A stretch of 64,000 nucleotides of DNA from Bdellovibrionales bacterium. GTDB taxonomy: Bacteria > Bdellovibrionota > Bdellovibrionia > Bdellovibrionales > UBA1609. This document shows, one piece after another, positions 30,643 through 42,864 of this stretch. Location of the stretch: the NCBI GenBank assembly GCA_965219095.1, contig CBDCMT010000001.1:800001-864000 (forward strand), given 5' to 3'. The notes under the pieces were generated by a model. The model ran no database searches. It saw nothing but the letters and a program-made list of their open reading frames with translations, and was not told the origin of the DNA. Each line of letters opens with the position of its first letter. The stretch's first letter is position 1. The position numbers were made by a program, and so were the translations under genes.

Positions 30643-30669
30643 TAAGTTTTAAGATTTATTTACCGATCT
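30643..30669 (+). promoter_or_regulatory. Candidate sigma-28 (FliA)-like promoter
   Basis: TAAG-N15-ACCGATCT, followed by RBS AGGAGG and ATG 30689. Confidence 0.5.
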
Positions 30670-30688
30670 TATAACTAGGAGGTGAAAT

Positions 30689-31804
<1,116 letters not shown>

Positions 31805-31912
31805 ATTAAATTGTGTAACTGAAGATAATACACTGCAATTAGGGATACACTGATCACAGTTTAAAAATTCCTACATAAATTTTTTCAAGAGAGGTTATGA
31901 ATTAAAAAAAAT

Positions 31913-34304
31913 GCCTCCTCAAAAGAATCTGTGGGTTCCCGGAGGTTCTGGCAGTTTTCCAAGGTTATGATATAAGGCGATTTTTATAGCTTTAGAGGTT
32001 CTAAAGCCGTAAGATTTTCTCATAGTGAGTTTTACTTTGTTGTTTAAACCCTCTACAATCCCTGAGGAGAAGGCTTTTTTAGCCTTGAAGTAATTAAGAA
32101 TAAGTAGCTTATGTCTTCGTATGGTTTTTGCTTCTCTTTTCATAGGTTCAATTTTTGAAAGCATGACTCGTTTCGTCCAACTGTCTATAAATTTACCAGC
32201 CCAAGTTGGTGAAACATAGGTCCATAACTGTCGGAAGTCTTCTTTTAAAAAATAACAGCGGATACTTTTTAAATTGTACTGTATTAAATGCCTTAATTTT
32301 ACTTTTTCATAAGATTTTAAATTTTCTGCATTTTTTAACAAGGGCCATCTAGCTTTTGTTAAAAGGGGTTCATACCCATCTTCTTTCATTTTTTTGTGTT
32401 CTGAAGCTCTCACTTCGTCTAAAGCCTTATTGAGTCTTGCTACGATATGAAACCGATCTAATATATTCAAAGCTTGACTTGCCCTTTCCTTTATTACTTT
32501 TAAATAGGGCTTCCACATATCAGAACACACAAACTGTATATCTTTTGACTTCTCTCCTAGGGCGTGTCCTCATTTGCCCAGACCTTTTTCAAGACCTTAG
32601 CCGTGTTGAATATTTATAAAGATTGTAAAAAGCTCATAACAAAGGGAGGTGTTATGTTAAGAAAAGTTTTAACAGATTCTATGTGGAAGGATCTGGAAGC
32701 TATTAGTAAGAGAGAAAGGCTGTTATCATTCAGCAAACAATAGAAATGTTATGGAAGCAATTTTATGGAAATTACGCACAGGCAGTCCGTGGCGTGATAT
32801 TCCTGAACAGTTCTGTCCTTGGAAGAGAGCATATAATCGCTTTAATAGGTGGGCACAAAAAGGGTTATGGAATGATTTTTTTTTACTTTACAAGAAGAAG
32901 TTGATACAGAGTGGGTGTCCATCGACGGAAGTTACGTATCGGTTCATCAGCATGCTAGTGGAGCTCGGCGTGGAGAAAGTCGTGCTGTAGGAAAATCTAG
33001 AGGTGGATCCACAACAAAAATACACATGGCCTCCGATGCGCATGGAAATCCACTCTGTTTTAAAATCACTGGGGGTGAAGTACACGACAGTCAAGTTGCA
33101 GGTGATTTAATTGATGAGTTTCGTAGTGAGTATTTGATTGCTGACAAGGCCTATGACTCGGATGAGATACGAGATAAGGCTCGTAGTAAGAAGATAAAGC
33201 CTGTGATACCGAGACGAAAAAATAGCAAAAAGAAAAATAAAGATTTTGATCGTCATATCTATAAATCTCGACATCAGATAGAAAACCTTTTTGCTCGTCT
33301 TAAGCATTTTAGAGGTATTGCCACTCGATTTGAAAAGCTTGCTAGAAATTTCAAAGCTATGCTATCTATAGCATGTATGTTTATTTGGCTTAAACTTCAA
33401 AGTAAAGGTCCAGTCAAATGAGGACACGCCCTAGTAAATCAAAGAATTTTCTAAAACTCTTTTCTGTTCTTTTTTCTCCTATCCATAGCAAACGAACACT
33501 TTCTTTGCTTATTTCATAGACTAAGGTGAGATACTGATGGTTCTTTTTCCATTGTATTTCATCTACACCTATAGCTTGTATTCCCTTTAAAACCCTTTGT
33601 TTTAAACCATATTCTACGACCCATTCTACCGAAGCATAGACCTGATTCCAACTGACATGAAACTTACAAGAAACCTCTTTCCAAGACAGGTGACGACACC
33701 AGTCAGCTAAGTACTTCATGTAAAAAATTGTTAGGTTTTTCTTCCCATCTGCCCAAGGTAAATACTCAACTTTTACTCCACAGCAAGAACAATTAACTCT
33801 TCTTACAAAATAAACAAAAAACACCCTGTAACTTAAAATAGGAAGGGATTCAAAGTCCCGTGATGATTTACTGCTGTCATACACTGAACAGGGCTTCTTA
33901 CAAACACTACAAAAATCTTGGCCATTTTTACGAGCCTTAATAGGAACATTAATTGACTTTCTATCTTTTGAAAAATAAATGTCTCCGTATACAAAAGACT
34001 TCCATCTTAAACAATCATTTAGTATAGTCTTCAAAAGCATCTCTTCCCTCCTTTTTTTTTTTTGAATAACATTTTAAGGCATCTGGGAAGTAGGTGCTTC
34101 TTTTTTAAAATTTTAATGTAACACAGCAAATAAAAGCAAATAAAATGAATGTTTTTGAGTTCAATCACCGGAGATGATAGAGGCCAGTAAGGGCCTCAAA
34201 GAACTCAAAAATACAAGATAGAATGTCTTACTCTTACTTTGATTAATATGAGCTCTTTTGGGGGATTTCTACTACTTTTCACCCACAGATTCCCGGGAGG
34301 AGCC
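31913..34304 (-). mobile_element. ISL3 copy interrupted by IS5; no TSD
   Basis: Both ISL3 ends present; transposase split into 33414-34040 and 31919-32530. Confidence 0.9.
32561..33430 (+). mobile_element. IS5-family (IS427-like) element with split transposase
   Basis: IR GGCGTGTCCTCATTTG at both ends; CTAG duplicated; ILWKLRTGSPWRDIP, IDGS, ADKAYDSD, RHQIENLFARLK; T-run at the orfA/orfB junction plus an extra 5' frameshift. Confidence 0.92.
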
Positions 34305-34671
34305 CTACTTTTTTAAATCTTAAAGTTAATAGAACAAAACAGATAGATTTACTATGCTTAGATGTCCATCTCTAGCTTTTCTTATGGTTTTTAATGGCAT
34401 CTTTGTTTTCTCTTAATTCCTGTGCTTATCATTTCTAATGTCTAAATTTGTAGGTGAACTTTTTTTTAGTTGGGTCTTTTAAGTGGATCTGATTTTGTTA
34501 ATTAAGTCTTGCTTAACCTTCATTTTAAAAATAAGAACTGTCAAACAAGAATCTCAAAGAACGTAAGTTGGTTTCTTAAGAGCTTTTGACTCCTACGAGG
34601 AGGAGGATGTTTCGTAGATGCTTTTACCCACAGATTCTTTTGAAGAGGCAAAAACTTTAGTTGTGCTCTCT

Positions 34672-34710
34672 AAAAAGAGAGGCTGAAATCAAATTCCAGC
34701 CTCTCTTTTT
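34672..34710 (-). terminator. Intrinsic terminator after the 34732-35565 gene (inverted copy near 36179-36213)
   Basis: AAAAAGAGAGGCTG..CAGCCTCTCTTTTT. Confidence 0.7.
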
Positions 34711-34731
34711 AAGTATGATAGTTGTGTTGTT

Positions 34732-35565
34732 TTAATCTTCCCAAGAGTTAACACCATAAACATCAGAGGTTTGACCATTGTCATTTGTAAATTGAAGAAT
34801 ATAAGTACCTCTAAAAACAGAAACAAAAGTCTCTTTCTTTTCTACGTCATAAGTATGATTAACAGGCCGTCGTCCCCGTGAACGCCAGGAAATCTCAAGG
34901 TTTTCATCATCATAAGAATAATGTAGAGTTTCAACACTTCCATCTTCATTAAATCTTATAGTTTTAGCAAATTCATTGAGGTTTTTTGATGTCACATATT
35001 TACAGATAGTTTTTGTATCAGGACTACGATTTCTATCTGAAGCACACAATCTCTCAAAGCGTTTATTATAATGATTTGTATAAAGATCTTTGATCAGCAA
35101 ATCTTGCATTTTCTTGTTAGTAAGATCCAAATAAAGAGAGTACTTTTGACCTTGAGGATTGATCTTAATTTTGTCAAGATCGACGTTGACTAGAGTTTTT
35201 CCCTTCACTTCAATAAATTGACCTGTCACGCTATATGCTAAGGCATAAAGCCCTTTTTTAAGAGACACCTCTTTGTTTAATTCTTTTTTTGTTAAGTAAT
35301 GGCAACTATATTTTTTGGGAACCTCGAGAGTTCCTTCACAGGCAAAGATACCATATTCAGAATCTTGCCCTTCTCCTGGAACCCCATTAACCCTTAAAAT
35401 CCTTTCTAGAGGAGTTACTGCTAAGGGTGAAGCCTCCAGAAAGTGATGTGATTGTTCTAGTGAAGCTTGTAAAGTTAAGCTCTGAACTTCTCCTTCCACG
35501 ACGTCTCCATAAGAAAGTCCTCCTAAAGACATCAAAAATAAAAATGTTAGTATTAGTTTTTTCAT
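34732..35565 (-). CDS. Secreted hypothetical protein
   Basis: RBS AAGGAGG; signal peptide MKKLILTFLFLMSLGG. Confidence 0.82.
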   Translation of the reverse strand: MKKLILTFLFLMSLGGLSYGDVVEGEVQSLTLQASLEQSHHFLEASPLAVTPLERILRVNGVPGEGQDSEYGIFACEGTLEVPKKYSCHYLTKKELNKEVSLKKGLYALAYSVTGQFIEVKGKTLVNVDLDKIKINPQGQKYSLYLDLTNKKMQDLLIKDLYTNHYNKRFERLCASDRNRSPDTKTICKYVTSKNLNEFAKTIRFNEDGSVETLHYSYDDENLEISWRSRGRRPVNHTYDVEKKETFVSVFRGTYILQFTNDNGQTSDVYGVNSWED

Positions 35566-35830
35566 AACGTAAAATCCCTCCTTTTCTAATGTTTTTTCGT
35601 TATTTTGTTTCTTAAGCCCTATTTTCTAACCTACATAATAAAGGAAAAGACTCCTATCCTTTGTTAAAAGCATACCTTGTATGAAAAAAAAAAGAAGAGA
35701 TAACTTTTTGCGTTATGATTCTTCTTTAGGGGTGGTAAAGGGTTTTAAGCTAAAGTTTTAAAAACACAGTTAAACAAAATCTATTTTTTTCTACTTTTTT
35801 AAATCTTAAAGTTAATAGGACAAAACAGAT

Positions 35831-36157
35831 AGATTGTGTGCTTCAGATAGAAAACGTAGTCCTGATGTAAAAACTATGTGTAAATATATGATATCAAAAA
35901 ACTTTGATGAATATGCTAAAACTGTAAGATTTAATGAAGATGGAAGTTGGGAAGCTGCAGCTTATTTTTTTAATAGTAAAAGTAAAAAAATGAATTTATT
36001 CTGGGATTCAAAGGGACGATTGGCTGTTAGTCACACTTATGATGTAAAAAAGGAAGAGAATTTTGTTTCTGTTTTTAGGAATACTTATATTGTTCAATTT
36101 ACAGATGACAATGGTCAAACCTCTGATGTTTATGGTGTTAACTCTTGGGAAGATTAA
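35831..36157 (+). pseudogene. Start-less variant copy of the C-terminal about 107 codons of 34732-35565, in inverted orientation
   Basis: Same LCASDR start and TSDVYGVNSWED* end, divergent centre; about 100 bp of 3' flank also duplicated. Confidence 0.85.
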
Positions 36158-36325
36158 AACAACACAACTATCACACTTAAAAAGAGAGGCTGGAATTTGG
36201 TTTCAGCCTTTTTTCTTTTTAGAGAGCACAACTAAAGTTTTTACCTCTTCAAAAGAATCTGTGGATTCCCTGAGGTTCTGTCAGTTTTCCAATGCTGTGA
36301 TATAAGATATAATAGATAATACGCC

Positions 36326-36516
36326 CTAGATTCTTATCTTCATTTCACTTAAAAAATCAACAAAATTTATACATGTGACTTCTTCTTTTTGACATATTAA
36401 AGGTATTTTAAAGTGCGAAATGTTAGTAGGTTCTTGCCTTTGATCTCTTTCCTGTGTAACAACCGTAAAGCTATTTAATTTTGCATAAGCAATTAGCCTT
36501 ATGTCGTTTTCACTAG
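36326..36516 (-). pseudogene. C-terminal fragment of a DUF4411/PIN-like protein cut by IS630
   Basis: DIRLIAYAK..TVVTQE..KIPLIC..VTCINFVDFL pattern; the ORF's N-terminus is derived from the IS inverted repeat. Confidence 0.55.
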
Positions 36517-37960
36517 TGTTCTGACCAGTAATTTTTTTCACAATTTTCAAGCCTTTAATCCAGGTCATTTTATTTATTTTTTTTTTATGTTTTAATACTC
36601 ATATGTTAAATTTATTAAAGCCAAAAGATAAGAGAGAAATTCTTAAAATTATAAAGAAGTCTAAAAATCCAAGAGCCATATATCGAGCCAATGTTCTAAA
36701 CTTAAGGAACAAAAATTTAACTGCCGTAGAGGCGTCAGATTACTTAGAGATAACTCCTAGAACTGTTTTCAACATCCAAAAAAACTATGAGAATTCTGGG
36801 CTGAAAAAAGCTCTTGAAGATGATCCTCGTCCTTGAAAACCTCCAAAGTTTGATGATCGCATAAAGTCAAAGATTATAGCTATAGTCTGCTCAGATCCTC
36901 CGGAGGGCTTTGATCGATGGACTTTAGAGCTCATTAAAGAGAGGGCAGAAAAAAACAAGATTGTAGACTCTATTAGCAAAGAAAAAGTTAGGATTATTCT
37001 TTTAGAACATGATCTAAAACCTTGGCAACAGAAGAGTTGGTGTGTACCAGAGCTTAATGATGAATTTATAGAGAGGATGGAGGATGTTTTGAAAGTGTAT
37101 GAGAAGCCTCCGATTAAAGGAAAGCCTGTTGTGTGTATTGATGAAAAGCCTCTTCAGTTACTTGATGATGTTCGTCCTCCATCGGGTTGTCGTCCCTCGG
37201 AAGTAAAAAAAGTAGATTATGAGTATAAAAGAGAGGGTACAGCAAATGTTTTCTGTGCTGTGGAGCCTAAGAGAGGTTTTTATATGAATAAGGTAACAGA
37301 GAGAAGGATAGGTCCGGATTTTGCTAAGTTTTTATCTTCTGTTGAGAGACATTATTCTGATTCCAAGAAGATTGTTCTAGTTATGGATAATTTGAACACT
37401 CATAGAAAAAAAAGTCTTACTGATTTTTATGGAACAGAGCGAGGTTTGCATCTATGGTCTCGCTTTGAGGTTCATTATACTCCGAGTCATGGAAGTTGGT
37501 TAAATCAAGCAGAAATTGCAATCAATATGTACTCTCGTCAATGTTTAGGAAAATCAAGAATACCTGACATAGAAACTTTAAGAAAAAGAACCAAGGCTTG
37601 GGTGAATATTATGAACAGACGGAAGATTATAATAAAATGGAATTTTTCAAGAAAATCAGCCAGAGAAAAGTTCCATTATAAAAAATGAGACGAGCCTGTA
37701 AGAGCCTGTAAACTAAATTGTATATAAACATTAGAAAATCATATCTTTCCAATGAATTTGATACACTCTTTACCCATACTTAAAAGTTATAAATTTCTAG
37801 AAGTAAAAATCCAAACTTATACATGAAAATGTAGAATTAACTTTTGGAATTGGTATAACTCTAAACATTTCACTTTTATTCTTTTTAATATAAAAATAAT
37901 TTAATAAAATGACCTGGATTAAAGGCTTGAAAATTGTGAAAAAATTTACTGGTCAGAACA
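36517..37960 (+). mobile_element. IS630-family element; transposase 36603-37688 has a nonsense GGA>TGA at 36834
   Basis: About 60-bp IRs TGTTCTGACCAGTAA..GGTCATTTTATT; CTAG flanks; CIDEK, MDNLNTH, SWLNQAE. Confidence 0.9.
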
Positions 37961-37964
37961 CTAG

Positions 37965-39239
37965 TACAGCATAACCTTAAATTTCAATATATTTGACTTG
38001 TATTTTTGTTGTTCCTATAATATTTGTTGTAGTTTAATAAAAAGTCCAAGGAGGGGATATGAGATCAAAGATGAAATTAAAAACAAAGGTAAGAGCAAAT
38101 CCAAAAGCAAAAAGAAAGCCAAAAGTAAGGATAAAGTTAAAGAGTTCAGAGAAGACAAAATTAGAGAGGATGTTGAAGAAGGGAGTGAATCAGTCTCGAG
38201 TTTTAACACGAGCAAGGGTTTTACTTTTAAGCCATCAAGGGAAGGGTTCCACAGAGGTTTGTGAGATTCTTGGAGTGAGAACTTTAAGAACTATTCAAAA
38301 TATCAAAGAAGGGTACTTGAAGGGAGGATTAGGGAGAGCACTTTATGATGCTCCTCGTCCTGGAAAGCCTCCTAAGTTTACAGGGAAGCAAAGGACGAAG
38401 ATTACGAGTTTAGCTTGTACGAAAGCTCCTGAAGGTTATGGTCGATGGAGTTTACAGATGCTATCTGATAAGTTGGTTGAGTTAAATGTTGTAGACTCTA
38501 TTTCTCACACCCATGTGGGTCGTATATTAAAAAAAACGAAGTCAAACCTCATTTAAAAAGACAGTGGTGTTTAAGCAAGATCGATTCTCATTTTATTTGC
38601 CAAATGGAGTCTGTTTTAGAAGTTTATGAAAGAAAGCTAGATTCTAATCGTCCTGTTCTTTGTTTTGATGAGCGTCCTTGTCAATTGATAGAAGATGTTT
38701 TAATGCCAGTTCCTGTAAGCCCTGGAAAAGAAAAAAGAGAGGATTATCATTACAAAAGAAATGGAACCTGTGTTGTGTTCTTAGCCATAGAGCCATTGAG
38801 TGGAAGAAGAATTGTAGAGGTAAGAAAGAGAAAAACAAAGAAAGATTATGCTCTTTTCATGAGAAAAATGTCCTTATATTATAAGGACGTAGACAAGATC
38901 ACATTGATACAAGATAATTTAAACACTCACAATGGCTCTTCTTTTTATGAGAACATGCCAGCTCAAAAGGCCTTGGAGTTAAAAAATAGACTTGAGATGA
39001 TTTATACTCCTAAAAAGGCCAGTTGGTTAAATATGGCAGAAATCGAGTTTTCGGCTCTTTCAAAGCAATGTTTAAACCGACGTATAGGAAGTTTTGAACA
39101 ACTAAAAAAAGAAGTAGAAACTTGGACCCGTAAGAGAAACAAAGATAGAATCAAAATCAATTGGCAGTTTACAAATAATAAGGCTAGAAATAAGTTTAAG
39201 AGGCATTATGAAAATATTAAAATTTAATGTTATGCTGTA
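37965..39239 (+). mobile_element. IS630-family element with orfA 38059-38556 and orfB ending 39227
   Basis: IRs TACAGCATAAC; CTAG flanks; A8 slippery run near 38528; CFDERP, QDNLNTH, SWLNMAEIE. Confidence 0.9.
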
Positions 39240-39412
39240 CTAGTAAGTTGATTTTGGAGGTTTTTAAAAACCAGGGGAAAGCTTGAAAAGGATAAAAATC
39301 TGGAGGAAAAGATAGATCTATTTTTAAAAAAAATAAAATCCGGTATGGTTTCTCAGGGTGTATAACTATTACAGTTAAAAAGAAGGTCTCTTATAGAAGA
39401 AGTTTAAGTTTT

Positions 39413-41500
39413 TTACATCTCTTCAACAACAGAGATTCCAAGAAGAAGAAGACCTTCTTTAAGAACTTTTGCTGTATCAGAACAAAGTTCAATCCTGCTC
39501 CTATGAATTGGTTCGAGAATTGGTTTGAGAATAGGGCATTCAGCATAGAATTGGTTAAAATCTTTGCATAAACGAAAGAGATAAATACATAAAAGTTGAG
39601 GGGATAATTGCTCTACAGATCTTTCAAAAGCTTCATTGTAAAGACTTAAATCTTGTAGTAGAAAATGTTCTTTTTTGTGACAGAGAGAAGAGCGATTAAG
39701 TATTGGCAAATTCGCTATGAGGGGTTTAGATCTTCTCAGAATGGATTGGATTCTAGCATAGGTATAAAGTAAGTAAGGGCCTGTGTTTCCATGTAAAGAA
39801 AGCCATTCTTTCATGTTAAACACAATATTTTTTTGGTTGTCTTGATTCAGCATGCCGTATTTTATAGTTGCAATAGCAATTTTGCGAGCTGTTTCTTTGA
39901 TCTTATCTTCAGTCCATTCTTCTTTATATTTTTTTAAGTGTTCTCTTTCAATGGTTTCCATAAGTTGATTTTTTAATTCTGAGAAATAAATGGTATTACC
40001 TTTTCTGGAACTCATTTTTCCATCAGGCCCTTCCACTTTACCATAATCTAAGTGGTAACATTTATTTGTATCTTTATAGCCGAGTTTTTCCAAGGTTTTA
40101 AAGACTTGCTTGAAATAAAGAGACTGACCTTGATCAACAATATAAATGTACTGATCAGAAGGGTATTTGAGGAATTTTGAATGAGCTAGAGCAATGTCTT
40201 TTGTAGAATAAAGGGAGTTTCCATCAGATTTAAGCAGTATAAAAAAAGGAAGATTTTCAAATTTAATACCTATAGATCCTTCGTCTTTTTTTAAAAGGTT
40301 TTTTTTATAAGCTTTTAAGATTAAATCTTTTCCTAGTTGACTCATTTTTGATTCACAAAAGTAATGGTCAAAATGAACATCCATCCATGAATAGATCTCA
40401 CGAAATTCTTCCATACACCATTTTGTTGTCTTTTCCCATAGGATTGTAATTTCTGTATCCTTATTCTCTAATTTTTGAAGTATTTCTGACACTTCTTTTT
40501 TATTTTTTTCATAAAGACTTAAAATATCTTGTCCCTTGAACTTTTCATGAGAAAAAAATTGAGCTAAATCTACACCTACCTCCATATCAAAAGGAAGTTT
40601 GAATGTTTTATCATAAGAATCACTCCTTTGAGCATCCTGCTCACTTAAAATCATTCCTTCACTTTTTATTCCTTCTTTTTGCATAACTCCTACTCGTCGT
40701 CCCTTCACTTGAGCATGGACTTGAGCATAGGCTACCATTTCATTTTCCTTTAAGTCCTTAAGGTTATGGATGACTGTTTTTATACCTTTTTTTGTACCTA
40801 AATTGATAATATACCGGTTTTTACAAGGTTTTATATTGAGAACTTTTGCAGAAACAATGTTTAAAAACGGAAAGCTTGTAAAGTAAGATAAATCAAGGAG
40901 GAGGGAGGCTTTGACATAGAGACGACCTAAAAACTCACCTCGATGTTGCTTAGGGATTTTGCCTTTAAAATGCTTGAGATAATACCATAAAAACTTAGCA
41001 ATATGAGAGCCCTCATCTCCAATGTAATTGACGGCTAAAACCTCTGCCCCCTTTTTTTTAAGTAAGCGACACACACTATCTCCTAAACTTATGTTTCTTG
41101 TATGCCCTACATGGAAGGCTTTATGGGTGTTTGGTTGAGAGTACTCCACTAAAATTTTTAATTTCTTTTTTGTTTTCGATTCAAAAAAAGTACCTTTTTT
41201 GATTTGTTCATTTAGCTTTTGAGCTAAGTGATCGGTTTTGTACTCAAAGTTAAGATAAGGACCTATAGCCTTAATCTTTTTAAGAAAGCCTAGAGTGTTT
41301 TGTTTTTTTGAGAGAATTTCTTCCAACTCCAAAGCTATGAGAGGAGGAGATTTTTTGAGTTTTTTAGAGAGAGTGAAGCAGGCAAAAGCTATATCCCCAA
41401 ACTCTCTTTTTTTAGGCTTTTGAAGCAAAGGTTCTATGCTTGAAAGTTCAAGACAGAGTGTTTTTGAAATAAAACAAGCAAGCTCTTTTTTTAAAAGCAT
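39413..41500 (-). CDS. argS: Arginine--tRNA ligase with an inserted OB-fold tRNA-binding domain
   Basis: FGDIAF, VEYSQPNTHKAFHVGH, KSDGNSLYSTKD, GKMSSRKG, GNTGPYLLYTYAR; extra about 110 aa ending SEGMILSEQD..LPFDMEVGVDL. Confidence 0.93.
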   Translation of the reverse strand: MLLKKELACFISKTLCLELSSIEPLLQKPKKREFGDIAFACFTLSKKLKKSPPLIALELEEILSKKQNTLGFLKKIKAIGPYLNFEYKTDHLAQKLNEQIKKGTFFESKTKKKLKILVEYSQPNTHKAFHVGHTRNISLGDSVCRLLKKKGAEVLAVNYIGDEGSHIAKFLWYYLKHFKGKIPKQHRGEFLGRLYVKASLLLDLSYFTSFPFLNIVSAKVLNIKPCKNRYIINLGTKKGIKTVIHNLKDLKENEMVAYAQVHAQVKGRRVGVMQKEGIKSEGMILSEQDAQRSDSYDKTFKLPFDMEVGVDLAQFFSHEKFKGQDILSLYEKNKKEVSEILQKLENKDTEITILWEKTTKWCMEEFREIYSWMDVHFDHYFCESKMSQLGKDLILKAYKKNLLKKDEGSIGIKFENLPFFILLKSDGNSLYSTKDIALAHSKFLKYPSDQYIYIVDQGQSLYFKQVFKTLEKLGYKDTNKCYHLDYGKVEGPDGKMSSRKGNTIYFSELKNQLMETIEREHLKKYKEEWTEDKIKETARKIAIATIKYGMLNQDNQKNIVFNMKEWLSLHGNTGPYLLYTYARIQSILRRSKPLIANLPILNRSSLCHKKEHFLLQDLSLYNEAFERSVEQLSPQLLCIYLFRLCKDFNQFYAECPILKPILEPIHRSRIELCSDTAKVLKEGLLLLGISVVEEM

Positions 41501-41585
41501 AGAAAGCCCCTTAAAATTGCTTTATGCAATAATTTAACATAATTTTATTGAAAAGTCTCATTTTTTGTGTGAGATAAAAAAAGAT

Positions 41586-42575
41586 ATGTCTAAATTTCTT
41601 TTTTTCCTTTGTTTTCTTGTGTATTTGATGATTTTAATAGGAGGGCTTACCCGCTTGACTCAATCAGGGCTTTCTATGGTGAACTGGGATGTGATTATGG
41701 GAGTGATTCCTCCTTTGAACGAAAGTCAATGGCAGGAGTCTTTCAAAGCTTATCAAAACTACCCCCAGTATCAAAAGGATTTTCCCCACATGACTCTTCT
41801 AGAGTATAAGAGGATTTTTTACTGGGAATATGCTCATCGTCTTTTAGGGAGGGTTTTGGGACTTTTTTATTTTTTTGGACTTATGATTTTTTCTTTTAGA
41901 AAAAATCATTCTTTTTCTTTGAAACTTTCTTTATGGGGAGGGTTTTTCCTACTTTCTTTTCAAGGGCTTTTAGGTTGGTATATGGTTAAAAGCGGACTTA
42001 TTGATAAACCAGAAGTAAGCTCTTATCGTTTGACCACTCATTTGGGTTTAGCATTTTTTATTTTTGGCTTTCTTTTTTGGATGGGACTTAGGGAAATCTA
42101 CCCTTCTTTGATAAAGAGAAAAAAACATCTATCTTTTATGATTCTTACAGGGTTTTGTTTTTTACAAATTCTTTACGGAGGTTTTATGGCAGGTCTTAAG
42201 GCAGGAAAAGTGTATAATACTTTTCCTGCCATGCATGGGAGGTTTTGGCCTTACTTTGAGACAAGTCTTCCTGTGGAAAGATGGTTTTTTGAAGAAAAAG
42301 CTATCGTGCAATTCATCCATAGAGGTTTGGCTTGGTTGTTGGCTTTTTTGTTAATTTTTATTAGCTTTAAGCTTTTTAAAACTTTATCCTCTTTTTTAAA
42401 GCGTGTTCTTATTATCACTCAGATTTTGTTTGTCACACAGTTTATTTTAGGGGTTTTAACCCTTCTGTTTTATGTTCCTTTATCTTTATCTGTGATTCAT
42501 CAAAGCTTAGGTTTTTTTACTTTCTTAAGCTTTTTATTTTTAACGTTTAAAGTCAGAAAGAGAAAAAATTTCTAA
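41586..42575 (+). CDS. ctaA: Heme A synthase (COX15/CtaA)
   Basis: GGLTRLTQSGLSM, WEYAHRLLGR, GWYMVKSGL, RLTTHL, QFIHR. Confidence 0.94.
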   Translation: MSKFLFFLCFLVYLMILIGGLTRLTQSGLSMVNWDVIMGVIPPLNESQWQESFKAYQNYPQYQKDFPHMTLLEYKRIFYWEYAHRLLGRVLGLFYFFGLMIFSFRKNHSFSLKLSLWGGFFLLSFQGLLGWYMVKSGLIDKPEVSSYRLTTHLGLAFFIFGFLFWMGLREIYPSLIKRKKHLSFMILTGFCFLQILYGGFMAGLKAGKVYNTFPAMHGRFWPYFETSLPVERWFFEEKAIVQFIHRGLAWLLAFLLIFISFKLFKTLSSFLKRVLIITQILFVTQFILGVLTLLFYVPLSLSVIHQSLGFFTFLSFLFLTFKVRKRKNF

Positions 42576-42864
42576 TAGAAGCTATAAGCTTTTATTAGAA
42601 ATCTCATGTTTTTCAGTTAAGACCTCCTACTAAGGTTCTGATGAGCTTACTATGTAAAATTTACATTATAAGTGTCTTTTTACAGAGGTAAAATTAGTAT
42701 ATTCTTTTCTTTAGGAGGGCTTCTAAAGAGTGGAATCTTCCATATACATGGCCCCTTATGAAAGAACTTTTGATATGAAAGTTCAAAAGGGATCTCTTAT
42801 GGAAGCGTAAAGACTTGATGCTTAAGAAAAGAGAATATATTGATTGCAAAACCTTTAAAGATTT

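Noticed and set aside
35831..36157. Variant cassette as a DGR template repeat
   Set aside because: Differences from the full gene include C/T and other non-adenine changes (aca/ata, cat/cac, gac/gat) and an indel.
36517..36568. N-terminus MTWIKGLKIVKKITGQN of ORF 36326-36568
   Set aside because: Encoded by the IS630 inverted repeat (same sequence at about 37909 and 60931), so the ORF is a chimera.
36834..36836. TGA recoded as Gly (code 25) or selenocysteine
   Set aside because: The sister copy near 60662 has GGA, so this is a point nonsense mutation. Housekeeping genes have no internal TGA and several (map, purQ, pilD, rpsA) end in TGA.
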